Assembly: GCA_964016885.1 (NCBI GenBank)
Contig: OZ024744.1
Location: forward strand, 39,556,001-39,620,000
Origin: Eledone cirrhosa
Taxonomy: Eukaryota
DNA: 64,000 nucleotides
Direction: 5' to 3'
Shown here: piece by piece, positions 12,565-25,567 of the stretch
Layout of the letters: every line of letters begins with the position of its first letter
Numbering within the stretch: position 1 is the stretch's first letter
The notes under the pieces: generated by a model
Databases searched by the model: none
Seen by the model: the letters and a program-made list of their open reading frames with translations, nothing else
Told to the model about the DNA's origin: nothing
Made by a program: the position numbers and the translations under genes

Positions 12565-13083
12565 GATGTATATATATATATATATCCACACTGTAAATGT
12601 GGTTGGTGTTAGGAAGGGCATCCAGCCGTAGAAAGCCTGCCAGATAGTCCTATATGAGCGAGACACGGCCACCTGACCAACCTTGCCTCAAGTGGCACAA
12701 CTCCCGTCTAACCCATGCCAGCGTGGAAGATGGACATTAAACGATGATGATGATGATGGTGGTGGCTGCAAAATCTGCTAAGAGTATTGCAATCGCTTGT
12801 CAGATTATAGAGTTTGGTGCACTTTTAGGCTACGGCCAGCCACATGAACCTGTAACATATCCTGAACAAGCAATACATGTGCTTTGAAGTGTTTTTAAGT
12901 GGGGAAAGGCCTTGCACTGAACCAATCCCACTTTCTGAGCTTCAAAATCACTACCTGAAAAGGAGAACTGGTCAACATCATCGGATGCTTCCAAAACCGC
13001 AGGTTTTATTTTTTCAGAGTTTCGCTCTCTTAGAAAGGTGTTGTGACAACAACTGGGGGCCTTTCACTCCCATATATATATAG

Positions 13084-13141
<58 letters not shown>

Positions 13142-13362
13142 TCAGCATCATCATCATCACCGTTTTACGTCCATTCTTCCACTCTAGCATGGGTTAGACG
13201 GTTGTCCTGTTGTGGGCAATGCCAGGTCAGGTGACCTTGCCTTGCTCATACGGAACTGATTTTGGCTTGATTTCTACAGCTGGATGCCCTTCCTAACACC
13301 AACTTTCTTTACAGTGAATACTGGGTGCTTATATATATATTTATATATATGTATGTATATAT

Positions 13363-13980
13363 ATACGTGAACGACAAAGCATAAAGGAATTGAGAGAGAG
13401 ACTGAGCATAAGAGGAATCAAATGCTGCGTGCAGGAGAGGCGGTTACGCTGGTATGGACATGTGATGCGTATGAAGGATGACAGCTGCATAAAAAGGTGC
13501 AGAGCACTAGAAGTTGATGGAAACCGCGGAGTGGGGAGACCCAAGATGACTTGGGATGAGGTGATAAAAGCCGACCTTACCCAACTACACCTCTCAAAGT
13601 CAATGACACACGACCGTGACTTCTGGCGTCACGCAGTAATACAGGGTACCCGACCTCCCATGGGTACATGCTGAAGCATATAAACAATATGCCCCCCCCC
13701 CCTCCACCGCAAGGTGGCCGTGGAGGTGCCACGGCAAAAAAAGCACCCAGCCCACACTGTAAAGTGGACGTGTAGGCGCCACGAAAAAGCACCCAGCACT
13801 CACTGTAAATGAGGTTGGTGTTAGGAAGGGCATCCAGCTGTAGAAATCAAGCCAGATCAGTTCCTGTATGAGCAAGGCATGGTCAGCCGACCAGACACTG
13901 CCCACAACAGGACAACCCGTCTAACCCATGCTAGCGTGGAAGAACGGACGTAAAACGGTGATGATGATGATGATGATGAT
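13363..13980 (+). mobile_element. 5'-truncated RTE LINE (young subfamily)
   Basis: ORF 13390-13674 (RRLRWYGHV..GRPKMTW). Nearly identical to the inverted copy at about 38993-39600. Confidence 0.9.
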
Positions 13981-13987
13981 ATATATG

Positions 13988-14280
13988 ATGGAGGCACATG
14001 GCTTAGTGGTTAGAGCATTTGCCTTGCAATTGAAAGGTTGTGAGTTCAATTCTCAGACCGGATGATGTGTTGTTTCCTTGAGCAAGACACTTTATTTCTC
14101 ATTGCTCCAGTTTACTCAGCTGTAGAAATGAGATGATAGGGACTGGGGTCCCTACCATTCCACTGTAAAGTAGTCGTGGAGGTGCCACGGTAAAAAAGCA
14201 CCCAGCACTCACTGTAAATGAGGTTGGTGTTAGGAAGGGCATCCAGCTGTAGAAATCAAGCCAGAATCAGTTCCCGTTCC
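13988..14280 (+). mobile_element. tRNA-derived SINE with RTE-derived 3' tail
   Basis: A-box TGGCTTAGTGG, B-box GAGTTCAATTC, central ccttgagcaagacactt...ccagtttactcagctgta domain, then RTE 3' UTR sequence. Confidence 0.8.
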
Positions 14281-14520
14281 ACCCTTACAAGCAGGGAAAA
14301 GCGGACGTAAAATGAAAAAAATGAAATGATATGTATGTATATATGTTTGTATATATATGGGAGTGAAAGGCCCCCAGTTCACACCCACATATATACATAT
14401 ATACATATACACATACATATATACATACATATATAAATATTGGTCCTGTTATTTTTCTCTAAAACATTTTTTCCAATTCCACCCCACCCATCCCTTCAAT
14501 CTATTTAATTTCTCATTCTT

Positions 14521-14556
14521 TCTTGTGATGAAGGACTAGCATCCAAAACGTTAAGA
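14521..14556 (+). ncRNA. Degenerate minimal hammerhead (Penelope-type)
   Basis: tctt-GTGATGA-aggactagcatcc-AAAA-cg-TT-aaga has two core mutations relative to CTGATGA/GAAA. Confidence 0.45.
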
Positions 14557-14659
14557 CCCTCTTCCTGCTATTTCAAGCGTTAACCTAATATATTCCATCC
14601 ATATACTGTACCGATTGTGTTGTTATTTCTGTTTACCTTTTACATACATATATATATAT

Positions 14660-16830
14660 CCATCATCATCATCATCATCGTTTAACGTCCATCTTCCATA
14701 CTAGCATGGGTTAGACTGTTTTGTTACATTTGATGTGGGAATGGTCGGGAGACCATTCTCGCTCACATGGAAATGTCTCTGGCAGGTTGTTTTACAGCTG
14801 GATGCCATTCCTAACACCAACCATATTTACAGTGTGGACTGGGAGCCTTACAGTGTGGCTTGATGTGTCATCGACACAGTGGACGGGACAGGAGAGGAAG
14901 GGCAGGGTATGGTGTGGGATGGGGTGTACATTGAGTTAAGAGGTGCCTACTGACTGTAGGTTTGTATGCAATTGTAGTCGGGTCTTCTGTACAACTGCAT
15001 GGCGCCAAAGGTCTCAATCCAGTGACATTGTCTTAGAGAGGTGTAAGTGGACAAGGTCAGTTTTTATCACCTCATCCCAGGTCTTTCTTGGTCTACCCAC
15101 TCTGCAGCTTCCATCAATTTTCATTGCCCTGCACTTTTTTATACAGCTGTTCTCCTTCATACGCATCACATGGCCATACCAACGCAATCTCCTCTCTAGA
15201 ACACAACATTTGATACCTCTTATGCTTAGTCTCCCTCTTAGTTCATTTATGCTTCGCCTTTCGCCCACAGGTCTTCAGCACACAGTGCCCAAGTCTCACT
15301 ACCATGTAATATTGCCATTTGTATACATGCATCATACAATCTGCCTTTCATTTTTAGAGAAAAACCCCTTGTGGCCAATAGCGGTATTAGCTCTCTGAAC
15401 TTTTTCCATCCCGTTCTAACTCTGGCTACTACATTTTCAGAGCACCTCCTCCACTGCTGATTTTGTCACCCAGGTAACGGAAAGTGTCTACTATTTCTAT
15501 AGAACCATCTGAGCAGTTGAAGGAGATATCATCCAGTGGGTCCTTGCTACTTACTGCCCCTGAGCATCGGCCACATATAAAATCTACATTCTTAGATAGC
15601 TTACCTCTGATCCCAATACATCTTTTATGTACCCATATTTTGCATTTGGGACATAGAATGGAGTTTCTGCCTACTCCTTTCCTACACACTGAGCATCGCC
15701 ATTTCCCAGAGGGTACCTGCCCTATTCTCCTTCTGCATACTAGAACCTTAGTCTTAGACAAGTTAACTCTTAAGGCCTTTTGATTCAAGGCCATGTTCCA
15801 TGTTTGGAACTTCCTCTCTAATTCAGTCATAAATTCAGCTATGAGAGTTAGATCATCTGCATATAGAAGTTCCCATGGGCAGCCAGTCTTAAACCCTTCC
15901 GTTATAGCCTGTAGGACAATAATAAACAGGAGGGGGCTAAGAATGGAGCCCTGGTGTACCCCTACCATTCATCACTATATTCTTCGTAATTCTAACCTTG
16001 CTGACTGTTCCTCTATACATGGCTTGTATAGCTCTCACAAGCCATTCTTCCACTCCTAGTTTTCTAAGAGCCCACCAGATTAAGCTGTGTGAGACTCTGT
16101 CAAAGGCCTTCTCCAGGTCAACAAAAGCTAAGTATAGGGGTTTACTGTTAGCTAGGTACTTCTCCTGCAATTGCCATACAAGGAAGAGAGCATCCGTGGT
16201 TCTTTTACTTGGCACAAACCCAAACTGCATTTCATCTAGATCAATTTGGTCTATGATCAGTTGAGTAATAACTCTTTCTGTGACTTTCATGATTTGGTCA
16301 ACTAATTTAATACCTCTATAGTTTCCTCTATCCAGGATGTCTCCTTTGCTCTTGTAACAGTTGATGATGATGATGCTGCTATGCCAGTCATCTTGGTTGA
16401 CCCCATTCTGTATTATTTGGTTCACTATCTGGGTGACCATAGTATGTCCCATCATTCCAGATGTTTTCAACATTTCAGCAACTATCCCCGAAGGCCCAGC
16501 TGCCTTGCTTGTCTTCATATTTTTGATTGCCTTACTTACTATACTACCTTTAACTTACACCACTGGTCCTTCTATTGGATCGATGTGGGGCAGACTATCT
16601 TTATTCCATTCATTCTCCACATTCAGTAGTCTCTCGTAGTGACACTTCCAAGCTACCTCCTTATCTATATCAGTGAGGACAAGTACACCATCATCATTAC
16701 AGACACACGTCTCCCCGACAATATCACAGTTCTCCTTGACACATTGCCTGGCAATCCTGAATATCTCACGTCTTTGGTCCTCCCGTTGTAGAATATGCTT
16801 GAACTTACTATCCTCTGCTTCCCTCCTACC
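14660..16830 (-). mobile_element. RTE LINE fragment (RT, frameshifted)
   Basis: DLEKAFDRV, GVHQGSILSP, YADD and the PHD-like finger across ORFs 15014-16878. Confidence 0.9.
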
Positions 16831-17112
16831 CCCAGCAAAATCAAAAATACTTACACATATACATATATATACACACATACACTCACATATATATATATGT
16901 ATATATATATGTGTATATTTTTTCTATCATTTTTCTTTATAAAATATTTCTCCATTTCTTGTCAGTAGTTTGGAGTATCTCTTGAACATTTATAAAAAGA
17001 GAATATTTTGAATTTTCTGTTAATGCAAATTCCTAAATGTTCATTTAGCGGAATTTTTCCTTAGTTTCAGTTTGTGTACTATAACACTTATACATAATGA
17101 CTATTTTTACAT

Positions 17113-18470
17113 TTATGCTTTGCCGTTCACGTATTACACATCCAACGGAGCATGCAAGCTTCGTTCCTCTCCAGTCTGCATAGATCCTCTGCACACAATG
17201 CCCATGTCTCACTGCGATGTAACATCGCTGTTCGTATGCAGGCATCATACAGCCTGCCTTTCATTTTTAGAGAGAAACCTTTAGCGGCCAATAGTGGTAT
17301 AAGCTCTCAGAAGTTTTTCCAGCTCGTTCTGACTCTAGCTACAGTACTTTCGGAGCACCCTCCACCACTGCTGATTTTGTCACCCAGGTAACGGAAGGTG
17401 TCCACTATTTCTATAGAACCATCTGGGCAATGGAATGAGCTAGTATTCTGTGGGCATTTGCTGCTACTTATTGCACCTGAGCACCGGCCACATATAAAAT
17501 CTATATTCTTAGTTAGCTAACCTGTGATCCCACTACATCTTTTATGCACCCATACTTTGCATTTGGGACATAAAATGGAGTTTCTGCCTACTCCTTTCCT
17601 ACACACTGGGCATGGCCATTTCCCAGATGGGACCAGTGCCCTATTTTCCTTCCTACATATAACTTTAGTCTTAGACAAGTTAATTTTAAGGTTTTTTTAT
17701 TCTAAGCCATGCTTCCATGTTTGGAATTTCTTCTCTAGTTCAGCCATTGATTCGGCTATGAGCGTTAGATCATCTGCATATAGGAGTTCCCATGGGCAGC
17801 CGGTCTTGAACTCCTCTGTTATAGCCTGGAGGGTGATAATAAACAGGAGGGGGCTAAGGACGGAGCCCTGATGAACGCCAATTTTTACCTTAAACTCTTC
17901 ACTACATTTGTTGTATAGCTCTCACAAGCCATTCATCAACACCTAGTTTTCTGAGAGCCCACCAGATAATGGGGCGGGGTCTCTGTCAAAGGCTTTCTCC
18001 AAGTCAACGAAAGTTAATTATAGGGGTTTACTTTTAGCTAGGTACTTCTCCTGTAGTTGTCGTACAATGAAAAGAGCGTCTGTGGTACTTTTACCTGACA
18101 AAAACCCGAACTGCATTTCATCTAGATCAATTCACTCTCTGATTAGTTGCGCTATAACTTTTTCTGTGACCTTCATGACCTGGTCAATTAATTTAATGCC
18201 TCTATAGTTTCCCCTATCTAGGGCATCTCCTTTACCCTTGTAACAGTTAATGATGATGCTGCTACGCCAGTCCTTTGGTATGACCCCATTCTGTATGACC
18301 TGGTTTACTATCCGGGTGACCATAGTGTGTCCCACTGTTCCAGATGCTTTCAGCCATTTCAGCAACTATTTCCGAAGGCCCAGCTGCCTTCTCTTGTCTT
18401 CATATCTTTGATTGCCTTACTTATTATACTACCTTCAACTTGCACTGCTGGACCCTCTATTGGATCAATG
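17113..18470 (-). mobile_element. RTE LINE internal fragment
   Basis: Homologous to 5800-6690 and includes the RT core missing there. Confidence 0.9.
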
Positions 18471-18874
18471 GGGGGGGGGGGGGGTATATGTATATGTATA
18501 TATATCAGGGGCGAAGGGTGCGTGCATGTGTTATAGAATCTTGAGTTGATCAATTACGTCGGTTACGACGTCAGTTGAAGCAAGCAGAATTTTGGCTGCT
18601 TGCTAAACCGTAGACACATAAAAAGATAACACACACACACATACACACAAACACACGACAGTGTCGGTTGAAGCAAGCAGAATTTTGGCTGCTTGCTAAA
18701 CCGTAGACACATGAAAAGATAACACACACACACACACTAGATAACACTACATGCGGCTTTGACCGGGAGGGTCATTTAGAGGGAATTGGGATGGAGGGAG
18801 AGGTAAGGCTGCACAGCCCCACTTTCCGTCATGGCGATTGGACTGCATGCCCTGCTTTCCAGGTTACCCTTCGC

Positions 18875-18914
<40 letters not shown>

Positions 18915-19086
18915 GAAAATGTTTAACCCGGGTTTAAACATTTTCCTATTACTCACTCTACTACCCTAAGTATTGTGTACTCTGGTGCATTATGGTCCAT
19001 CTGGTTCCTTACCACACTTCCTTCATTCTAATATATACATTCCATATACTGTACCGATTGTGTTGTTATTTTTGTTTACCTTTTAC

Positions 19087-19117
19087 ATATATATATATGT
19101 ATATATATATGTATATA

Positions 19118-19162
<45 letters not shown>

Positions 19163-19209
19163 GTATATATATATGTATATATATATGTATATATATATAT
19201 ATGTATATA

Positions 19210-19245
<36 letters not shown>
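19087..19245. repeat. (TA)n/(TATG) microsatellite
   Basis: Directly visible. Confidence 0.95.
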
Positions 19246-19249
<4 letters not shown>

Positions 19250-19462
19250 ATATTAATAAATGGAAACTATATTTATAAAACCATAATTATATATATTTCA
19301 AGAGCAACCAAGGTAGATTATGGTGCGCTTTCATCAGATAAAATACAGATTTGTTTTATAAATAAATATTGACATACCCAGAAAAAAGACAGCCTCAATG
19401 GTTGAAATTCAATATATATAATTATGGTTTTATAAATATAGTTTCCATTAATTAATATATTG
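19246..19462 (-). mobile_element. Inverted-repeat module with partly degenerate hammerhead (19283-19345)
   Basis: Arms at 19246-19297 / 19411-19462. Minus strand reads CTGATGA-aagcgcacc...ggttgctctt-GAAA-tatata-TA with the stem I 3' strand damaged. Same family as 30100-30240. Confidence 0.65.
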
Positions 19463-19736
19463 AATATTTATTCCACTTATCTGTTGAGTGCTTTATATCA
19501 GTTATAAAAATGTTTAAGCTTGTTGAATCCCAACAAAATAAATATAACCTCTGCATATATATATATATATAAATACATAAACGGAGAAAGCTATTAGCGA
19601 TACTCCGCCCAATTTCCAACTCACTCAACAAACATAAGGAAATACCGGAGTATATTCCCAATTAAACGTTTGGAGTGCTAACTATATTGTATTGTGTGGA
19701 TAATTGACTGTATTATTTTATGAGATATATTAAAGA

Positions 19737-19776
<40 letters not shown>

Positions 19777-19865
19777 TAATTAGTTTTATTTTGTAAATAA
19801 ATAAATGGTTTTAATACAGTAAATAACTGTAAATATAATAATATATTGAATGATTTCAAGGAAGA

Positions 19866-20492
19866 AGATATTTTTGTAAAATTTGGATAGAGAAAATTCA
19901 GAAAATACTTTTATATTTCAATTTTGATGAGGTTTTTTACTTCTTTTTTTTATATAAACTATTAAAGGGAGGTAATATATTTAGTAAATGTTTGATTTAC
20001 ATTTTTGAAAATTTTGGTATATCCCTATTATGACATCATAATTTGCTGATTTTTCTTATAAATACGAGGCACAGTTTGGCTTTGTCTTCATATCTTCAAC
20101 AGCAGACACCAACACTGGATCTATAGATTTCTTTATCTATAATCAGTATAGCATTTATCTATAATCAGTATAGCATTGAGATGTATGTGTATGTATGTGT
20201 GAATGTAGAATAAATATTAAATTCAGAAGTGAAAAATATTTTAAAGGGAAATATTAAATATTAAATTGAGAAATAATTAGCAAATATCGAATATGAAACT
20301 AGTAAAATGGGGGTAGTCTGTGAGTAGTCGGTTTTATGAACCTTTGAGTCTTTAAACACCCTCTGTAACATGCTGGTTGGTGTCATAACATAGTTACAAG
20401 GTGTCTGGGTTGTGTCACGTAACCGTATAGACTCTTAACCAGGCTCTTTCAGTGCAGAAAACCTGGAGGTTCCAACCAGAAACCAAAACAAA
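19866..20492. repeat. Local direct duplication, copy 1
   Basis: 19866-20170 matches about 25943-26218, and 20323-20492 matches about 26689-26858. Confidence 0.85.
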
Positions 20493-20789
20493 TGCCAATT
20501 CAGGAAATTTAAATGATTTTCTTTTATAAATTTGTATCTACCTGTGTTGAGAAATCATAAGGGTAAGTCAAAACATGCCTCCTCCTTTGAAATAGTCCCC
20601 TTGCCCAGCAATGCATCAATCCCAGCATTTCTGCCCCTCTTGGAATGTGGCCTTCAAGTTTCAAATATTTTAAATGTTAAGATAAAAATTAAAACAGGTA
20701 CCTCAATAGGAAAGAGAGGTTCAGGGGTCACTCGTGGAAAAACCCCATAAAACCACGGGTGCCCTGATTTCAAGGGAAGTGCCCTGTCC

Positions 20790-22005
20790 CAGCTGTCTAC
20801 AGGCTCAAGTGAAGTTAATCAGGGCTTCGCCAATGAGGAAAGTGCTAGTCTTCAACATCGGCGAAGCCCTGATTAACTTTGCTTGAGCCTGTAGACAGCT
20901 GTGACCATGGTGAAAGAGATAAGTGGACATGCTTGGCAGGACATGTCCACTTATCTCTTTCACCATGGTCAGCTGATACTCCCCAGTAGCACAGCCAGGC
21001 TAGGGATTTATGAAAATTGTTTAAGGACCCTGGACCAAAAAGTCCTCCCCAAAAGAGTGGCTTTATTTTCGACATCAAGAGTTCCCCTAGAACATCATCA
21101 CTCTCTATAGAACGCTACGGTCGAGTTTCCACCGTGGAAGAGCAAATGCTCCAGTGCTGTCAAACGGGGGGGGGGGGGGGGGACAAGGCATGGTCAGGTG
21201 GCAGATGACGGACATGTACATGTTTGCCATGCCACCTCTGCTCTGTATTTCAAGGACAGCTTCAGTCCAGCATCCAACCAGTTGGATGGTATGGACCTGT
21301 CCCTCTGTGCCGAGTTGCAGGCCCACGGACTTTGCCTAGGTGATTTTCGCTCCCATCACTGCTTTGTATTCCCTCAGAGCTGTGCTGATCACCTTAATGT
21401 GTTTTGTGCTACAACTGTGACATCGTTAGCATAAGCCAATACAAGCCTTTCTAGTTCGAATGTGATGCCTCAGTGTCTCTAATTTGTGTAGTAGTGGCTC
21501 AAATGTCAATACATACAACAAACAAGAGGGGACAGCCTTAGAGGACTGAGTGCATGTTGTTGAACGATTCTAATCGCCGCCACAACTCAGAAAACACACA
21601 TTTAAAAAACAAATTCCTAGATTCGATTGAAGATTCTGGGGAACAATCACCAAATGAATCTAGACATTTTGGTTCTCAAGTCAACCCCACCTCCAAAGGA
21701 TAGAACTAAGGTCCTTACTCCTCAAAATCTAAGGTAAGTAGTCTTTCCCACTTTTATCTTCCTCCTCTTAACTGAAAATGGCCTCTCTAAGATAGGTAGT
21801 GTGAATGCATGTGACCTGTCGTCGACTTGGAAACGGTCACCTACTCAATGACCTCAGGTCACTAGAAATAGATGTGGTGGCCATTAGTGAGACAATCTCT
21901 GACACGAATCTTCACGCTGATTTTGGCTACGAGGTGCATGCATCTCTGAGCAATACGGATTATCTGCCTGGACCCAGAAGGTAAGTTGGTGGTACTGGAT
22001 GTGGG
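20790..22005. mobile_element. Rearranged, degraded Tx1 LINE remnant
   Basis: Minus-strand pieces (GPGSLNNFHKSLAWLCY; GLQLGT) and a plus-strand ORF1 end/ORF2 start are homologous to the Tx1 at 43921-49932. Confidence 0.8.
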
Positions 22006-22372
22006 AAATGAAATTTCGTTTATCGTTTTCGGTGCACCCAGCCGATTAACCCACTCGATATGCAAATTGGGCTACTCAGCCGTTAATATGCATAAGGTAA
22101 AGTATATACGTTCAAGAAGGTATACGTTGCTGACGATAGCTAATAAGCTTGAAACTAGTACAGCGTTCCTTTGTCAGTGTTGAACAAACAAGCAACGATG
22201 GTTGCTAGACATACGGCTTAATACGGGATGTTTGTTTACAAACACACCGAGCATTATAATAAATGTTCGGTGAATCCATACGTACATATGTGTGTGCATG
22301 TATGTATATATATATACATACTACTGTACGTCTGTATACATATATGTATGTACGTGTACATACTTATATTTA
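22006..22372 (+). mobile_element. Single-arm relative of the 397-1052 hammerhead element
   Basis: Colinear with about 760-1052. Begins with AAATGAAATTTCGTTT, which also occurs at 1077. Confidence 0.8.
22124..22166 (+). ncRNA. Type I hammerhead ribozyme
   Basis: acgttg-CTGACGA-tagctaataagctt-GAAA-ctag-TA-cagcgt; stem I pairing is retained through a G-U pair. Confidence 0.85.
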
Positions 22373-22959
22373 AATCTTTTTAATATTAAATAAGTGTAAA
22401 TTTAATATATTCAATGATTTCAGTGCAACATGACCTCAGACAGGCTGGTGTCTTAGCTTCACCATCACTGTCCAGCATGTTTTTGTTTGGCCTCACAACA
22501 CCAGTGATGCCTGAGGGTTGGCTTCTGGATCTGAGCCTCACAAATGCTGCTGTGAATCCATTGTGGATTATTTAGGGCTCGACTGTGGGGATGTTAAAAG
22601 ACCAAACAACATAATCTTCCCTCATCTAGGATGCTATATATTGACAGCTTTTCTAGTGACAACCTAGTGCATTTATTACCAGTCCAGTGGAAACTTCTGG
22701 TGTTCTTGGCCCCTGGACCACATTCCTACTCACTCAGTGCTATCAGAGTAGCCCTAACTATCCTCTAGGGCAGCGGTCGGCAGCCCCCAGCCCGCCATCT
22801 TACACTGGACACTAATTATCTAATTAGTATCGAAAACAGATACAGTAGTTCACTTCAAGGTTGTGCCGACCTGATGCCCATCACAAATCGCTGCTCATAC
22901 CGTATATATTTACAGACACCTTTGTAACCTTATTATATTTTCCATTTATTATTATTATT

Positions 22960-23150
22960 TGATGGATTGGCAGTATCGGTAGAGGGTCGGACGCCATGCT
23001 TTGACGCGTAGAGTTACGGCCCTTGCCATTCTGAGTTCAAATCCCGCCGAGGTTAACTTTGCCTTTCATCCTTACGGGGTCGATAAAATAAAGTACCAGT
23101 AATACACTGAGTTATTGCTGGCCTTGTGCCAAAAGTAGAAACAATTATTA
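22960..23150 (+). mobile_element. Meta-domain SINE inserted in the hAT
   Basis: B-box GAGTTCAAATCC; ctttgcctttcatcctt..ggggtcgataaaataaagtacc core; (ATT) tail. Confidence 0.75.
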
Positions 23151-23787
23151 TTTCCTCTTATCCATCTTTTTCTGGGCTTTCCGCCAAGCATTATATCACC
23201 TGTATTATTATTTCCTGTGATCTTATGTATGTGTTTTTGTTCTAGTCAACAAACACAAATGTTGGCTGGAAGTATGCATTTTCGTCAGCGACTGGAAGGT
23301 ATACTTCCTTACGGTTTGTATGACTCGCTTTTAAACTCATATTGTCATTCAATAAAATCACTCGTGAATTATTGTCGTCTTCGTTTGCCTGACCTTACCT
23401 GCGCCCCTTGGTACAAGCTAAAGTTGTCCTTGAAAAAATTACTTCGTTCCCTCCTCCCCAGAGTATTTTCATTTGAGTTTCTTGTCTGGTGGTATAACAA
23501 CTATACAGTAGGTATCTTTATTCGATACTAACGTTTATTTAATTATTTGTGATAAATTGTGTGAATTAGGCCAAAGGTGGTTTAAAAAAACAAATGGCAA
23601 CCCTGATCTAACAACGTCGTTAGAAACCTTGTTTTATATAATTTATTCACAATTATCATATTTTATCGCATTACTGTATTTGCATTTATATTTGTTTTCA
23701 TTGTTTCTTATTTCTTCATTCTGATTATTATACATTTTGTTCTTTTTCCTTTCCATAAATCTTTTTTGTTTGAACAAAAACAAGCCC

Positions 23788-25567
23788 ATGGAAGCTAAGA
23801 AAAGAAAAGTGGATTTGGAGTGCCGAACTTTTAACGATGGCGGGACACTTAGCTATTTTTTCATTGAACACTTCGGAAAATGTGTTTGCTTAATTTGTCA
23901 AGAAACCATTGCCGTGAAGAAAGTTTCAAATATTAAACGGCACTATGAAACTCGTCATAATCATTACAACAGTTTTACTGGAAAAGCCCGAGTAAACGAA
24001 GTTGCACGGCTGAGAAATAATGTAACAAAGCAATCATCCTTTTTCACTAGAAAAGTTGAAGAAAGTGATCGAAACACTCGTGCTAGCTACGAGGTGTCAA
24101 AACTAATTGCAGAAAGGATGAAACCTTTTACTGATGGAGATTTCTTCAAAGAATTATTGAAGGTAGCAGATGTTGTTTGTCCAGAAAAAAGGGAATTATT
24201 TTCTGCGATCAGCTTATCGGCAAGAACAGTAACAAGGCGAATTGAAGAGCTGGCAGCAAATGTCAGAAGTGGCTTGGAGGGCATTTTAAATAATCTGGAG
24301 TATATTTCCATTGCTATCGATGAAACCACAGATATGAAGGATACTTGTCAACTTGCAGTGTTTGTGAAGGGTGTAACACCAATATTTGATATTGTGGAAG
24401 AATTTGTACAATTGATTCCTATGAAGGACATTAGCACTGGAGCAGATATTTTGGAAAGCATAAGATTACCGAAATGAATCTGGATTTATCAAAGCTTTCT
24501 GGAGTAGTCACAGATGGAGCACCAGCAATGGTTGGAGAGAAAAAGAGGTTTGTTGCATTGCTCCAAAACCACATCGGTATTGATCAAAAACTAATCAAAC
24601 TTCATTGCATTATTCATCAAGAAGCATTATATGCAAAGTCACTGAATTTTAAGGACATCATGGCAGTGGTCGTGAAAATAGTGAATTTTATACTGTCAAG
24701 AGGACTAAATCACCGCCAGTTTCAAGAATTTCTAAAAAACAAATTGAAGCAGAGTATGGCGACCTTACATATTTTTCAAATGTTCGATGGCTTAGCCGCG
24801 GAAAAATGATAGAACGAGTATATGCATTGAGAGAAGAGATTTCTATGTTTTTAGAGAGCAAAGACCAAGATAATGCTTACTTTCAGGATCCACAGTGGGT
24901 TGTCAAGTTAGCTTTTTTAGTGGACATCACGACCCACATGAACACTTTGAATCTTGAGCTTCAAGGAAAGAACAAGGTTGTATTTGAGATGTTTGGTCAA
25001 ATTACTGCTTTTGAGAGAAAACTTCGACTGTGGGAATCACAACTTCAAAAAGGAAACTACTCTCATTTCCCAAGTCTCCAAAATCACAAGAGAGATATAA
25101 TACCAGACATCTTTGTGAGCTCTATTAAGGATTTGAGAAGCGAGTTTTCCTCTCGTTTTTCTGACTTCCGGCAATTTGGAACTCTATTTAAGTTATTTGG
25201 TACTCCTTACGAAACAGATGTGGAGCAAGTGGCAGAAGAATATCAGTTGGAGTTAATTGACTTACAGTGCGACGAATCTTTGAAATCGAAATTTCAGTTC
25301 GAATCCACTGCTGACTTCTACAAGAAATATATATTGCCAAGCGGAAAATATAAAAACATCTTGACTAATGCGAAACTGATGATATCATTATTTGGAAGTA
25401 CATATGCTTGTGAACAACTTTTTTCCAAAATGAAATATACTAAAAGTCATTTAAGAACAAGGTTGCGTGAAGACCACCTGGATGATGTTTTGCTCCTGTC
25501 ATCGACGAATATTTCACCTGATGTGGAGAAGTTATCGCACAATAAGCAGAAACAAGTGTCTCATTAA
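23788..25567 (+). pseudogene. hAT transposase (SPIN/GTF2IRD2-like), two frameshifts
   Basis: KRKVD..C..CLIC..RHY..H N-terminus, SIAIDETTD, TDGAPAM, HCIIHQE and FGSTYACEQLFS across three ORFs. Confidence 0.9.

Noticed and set aside
13988-14065. tRNA gene
   Set aside because: A and B boxes are present but the cloverleaf is imperfect and the sequence runs into a SINE body.
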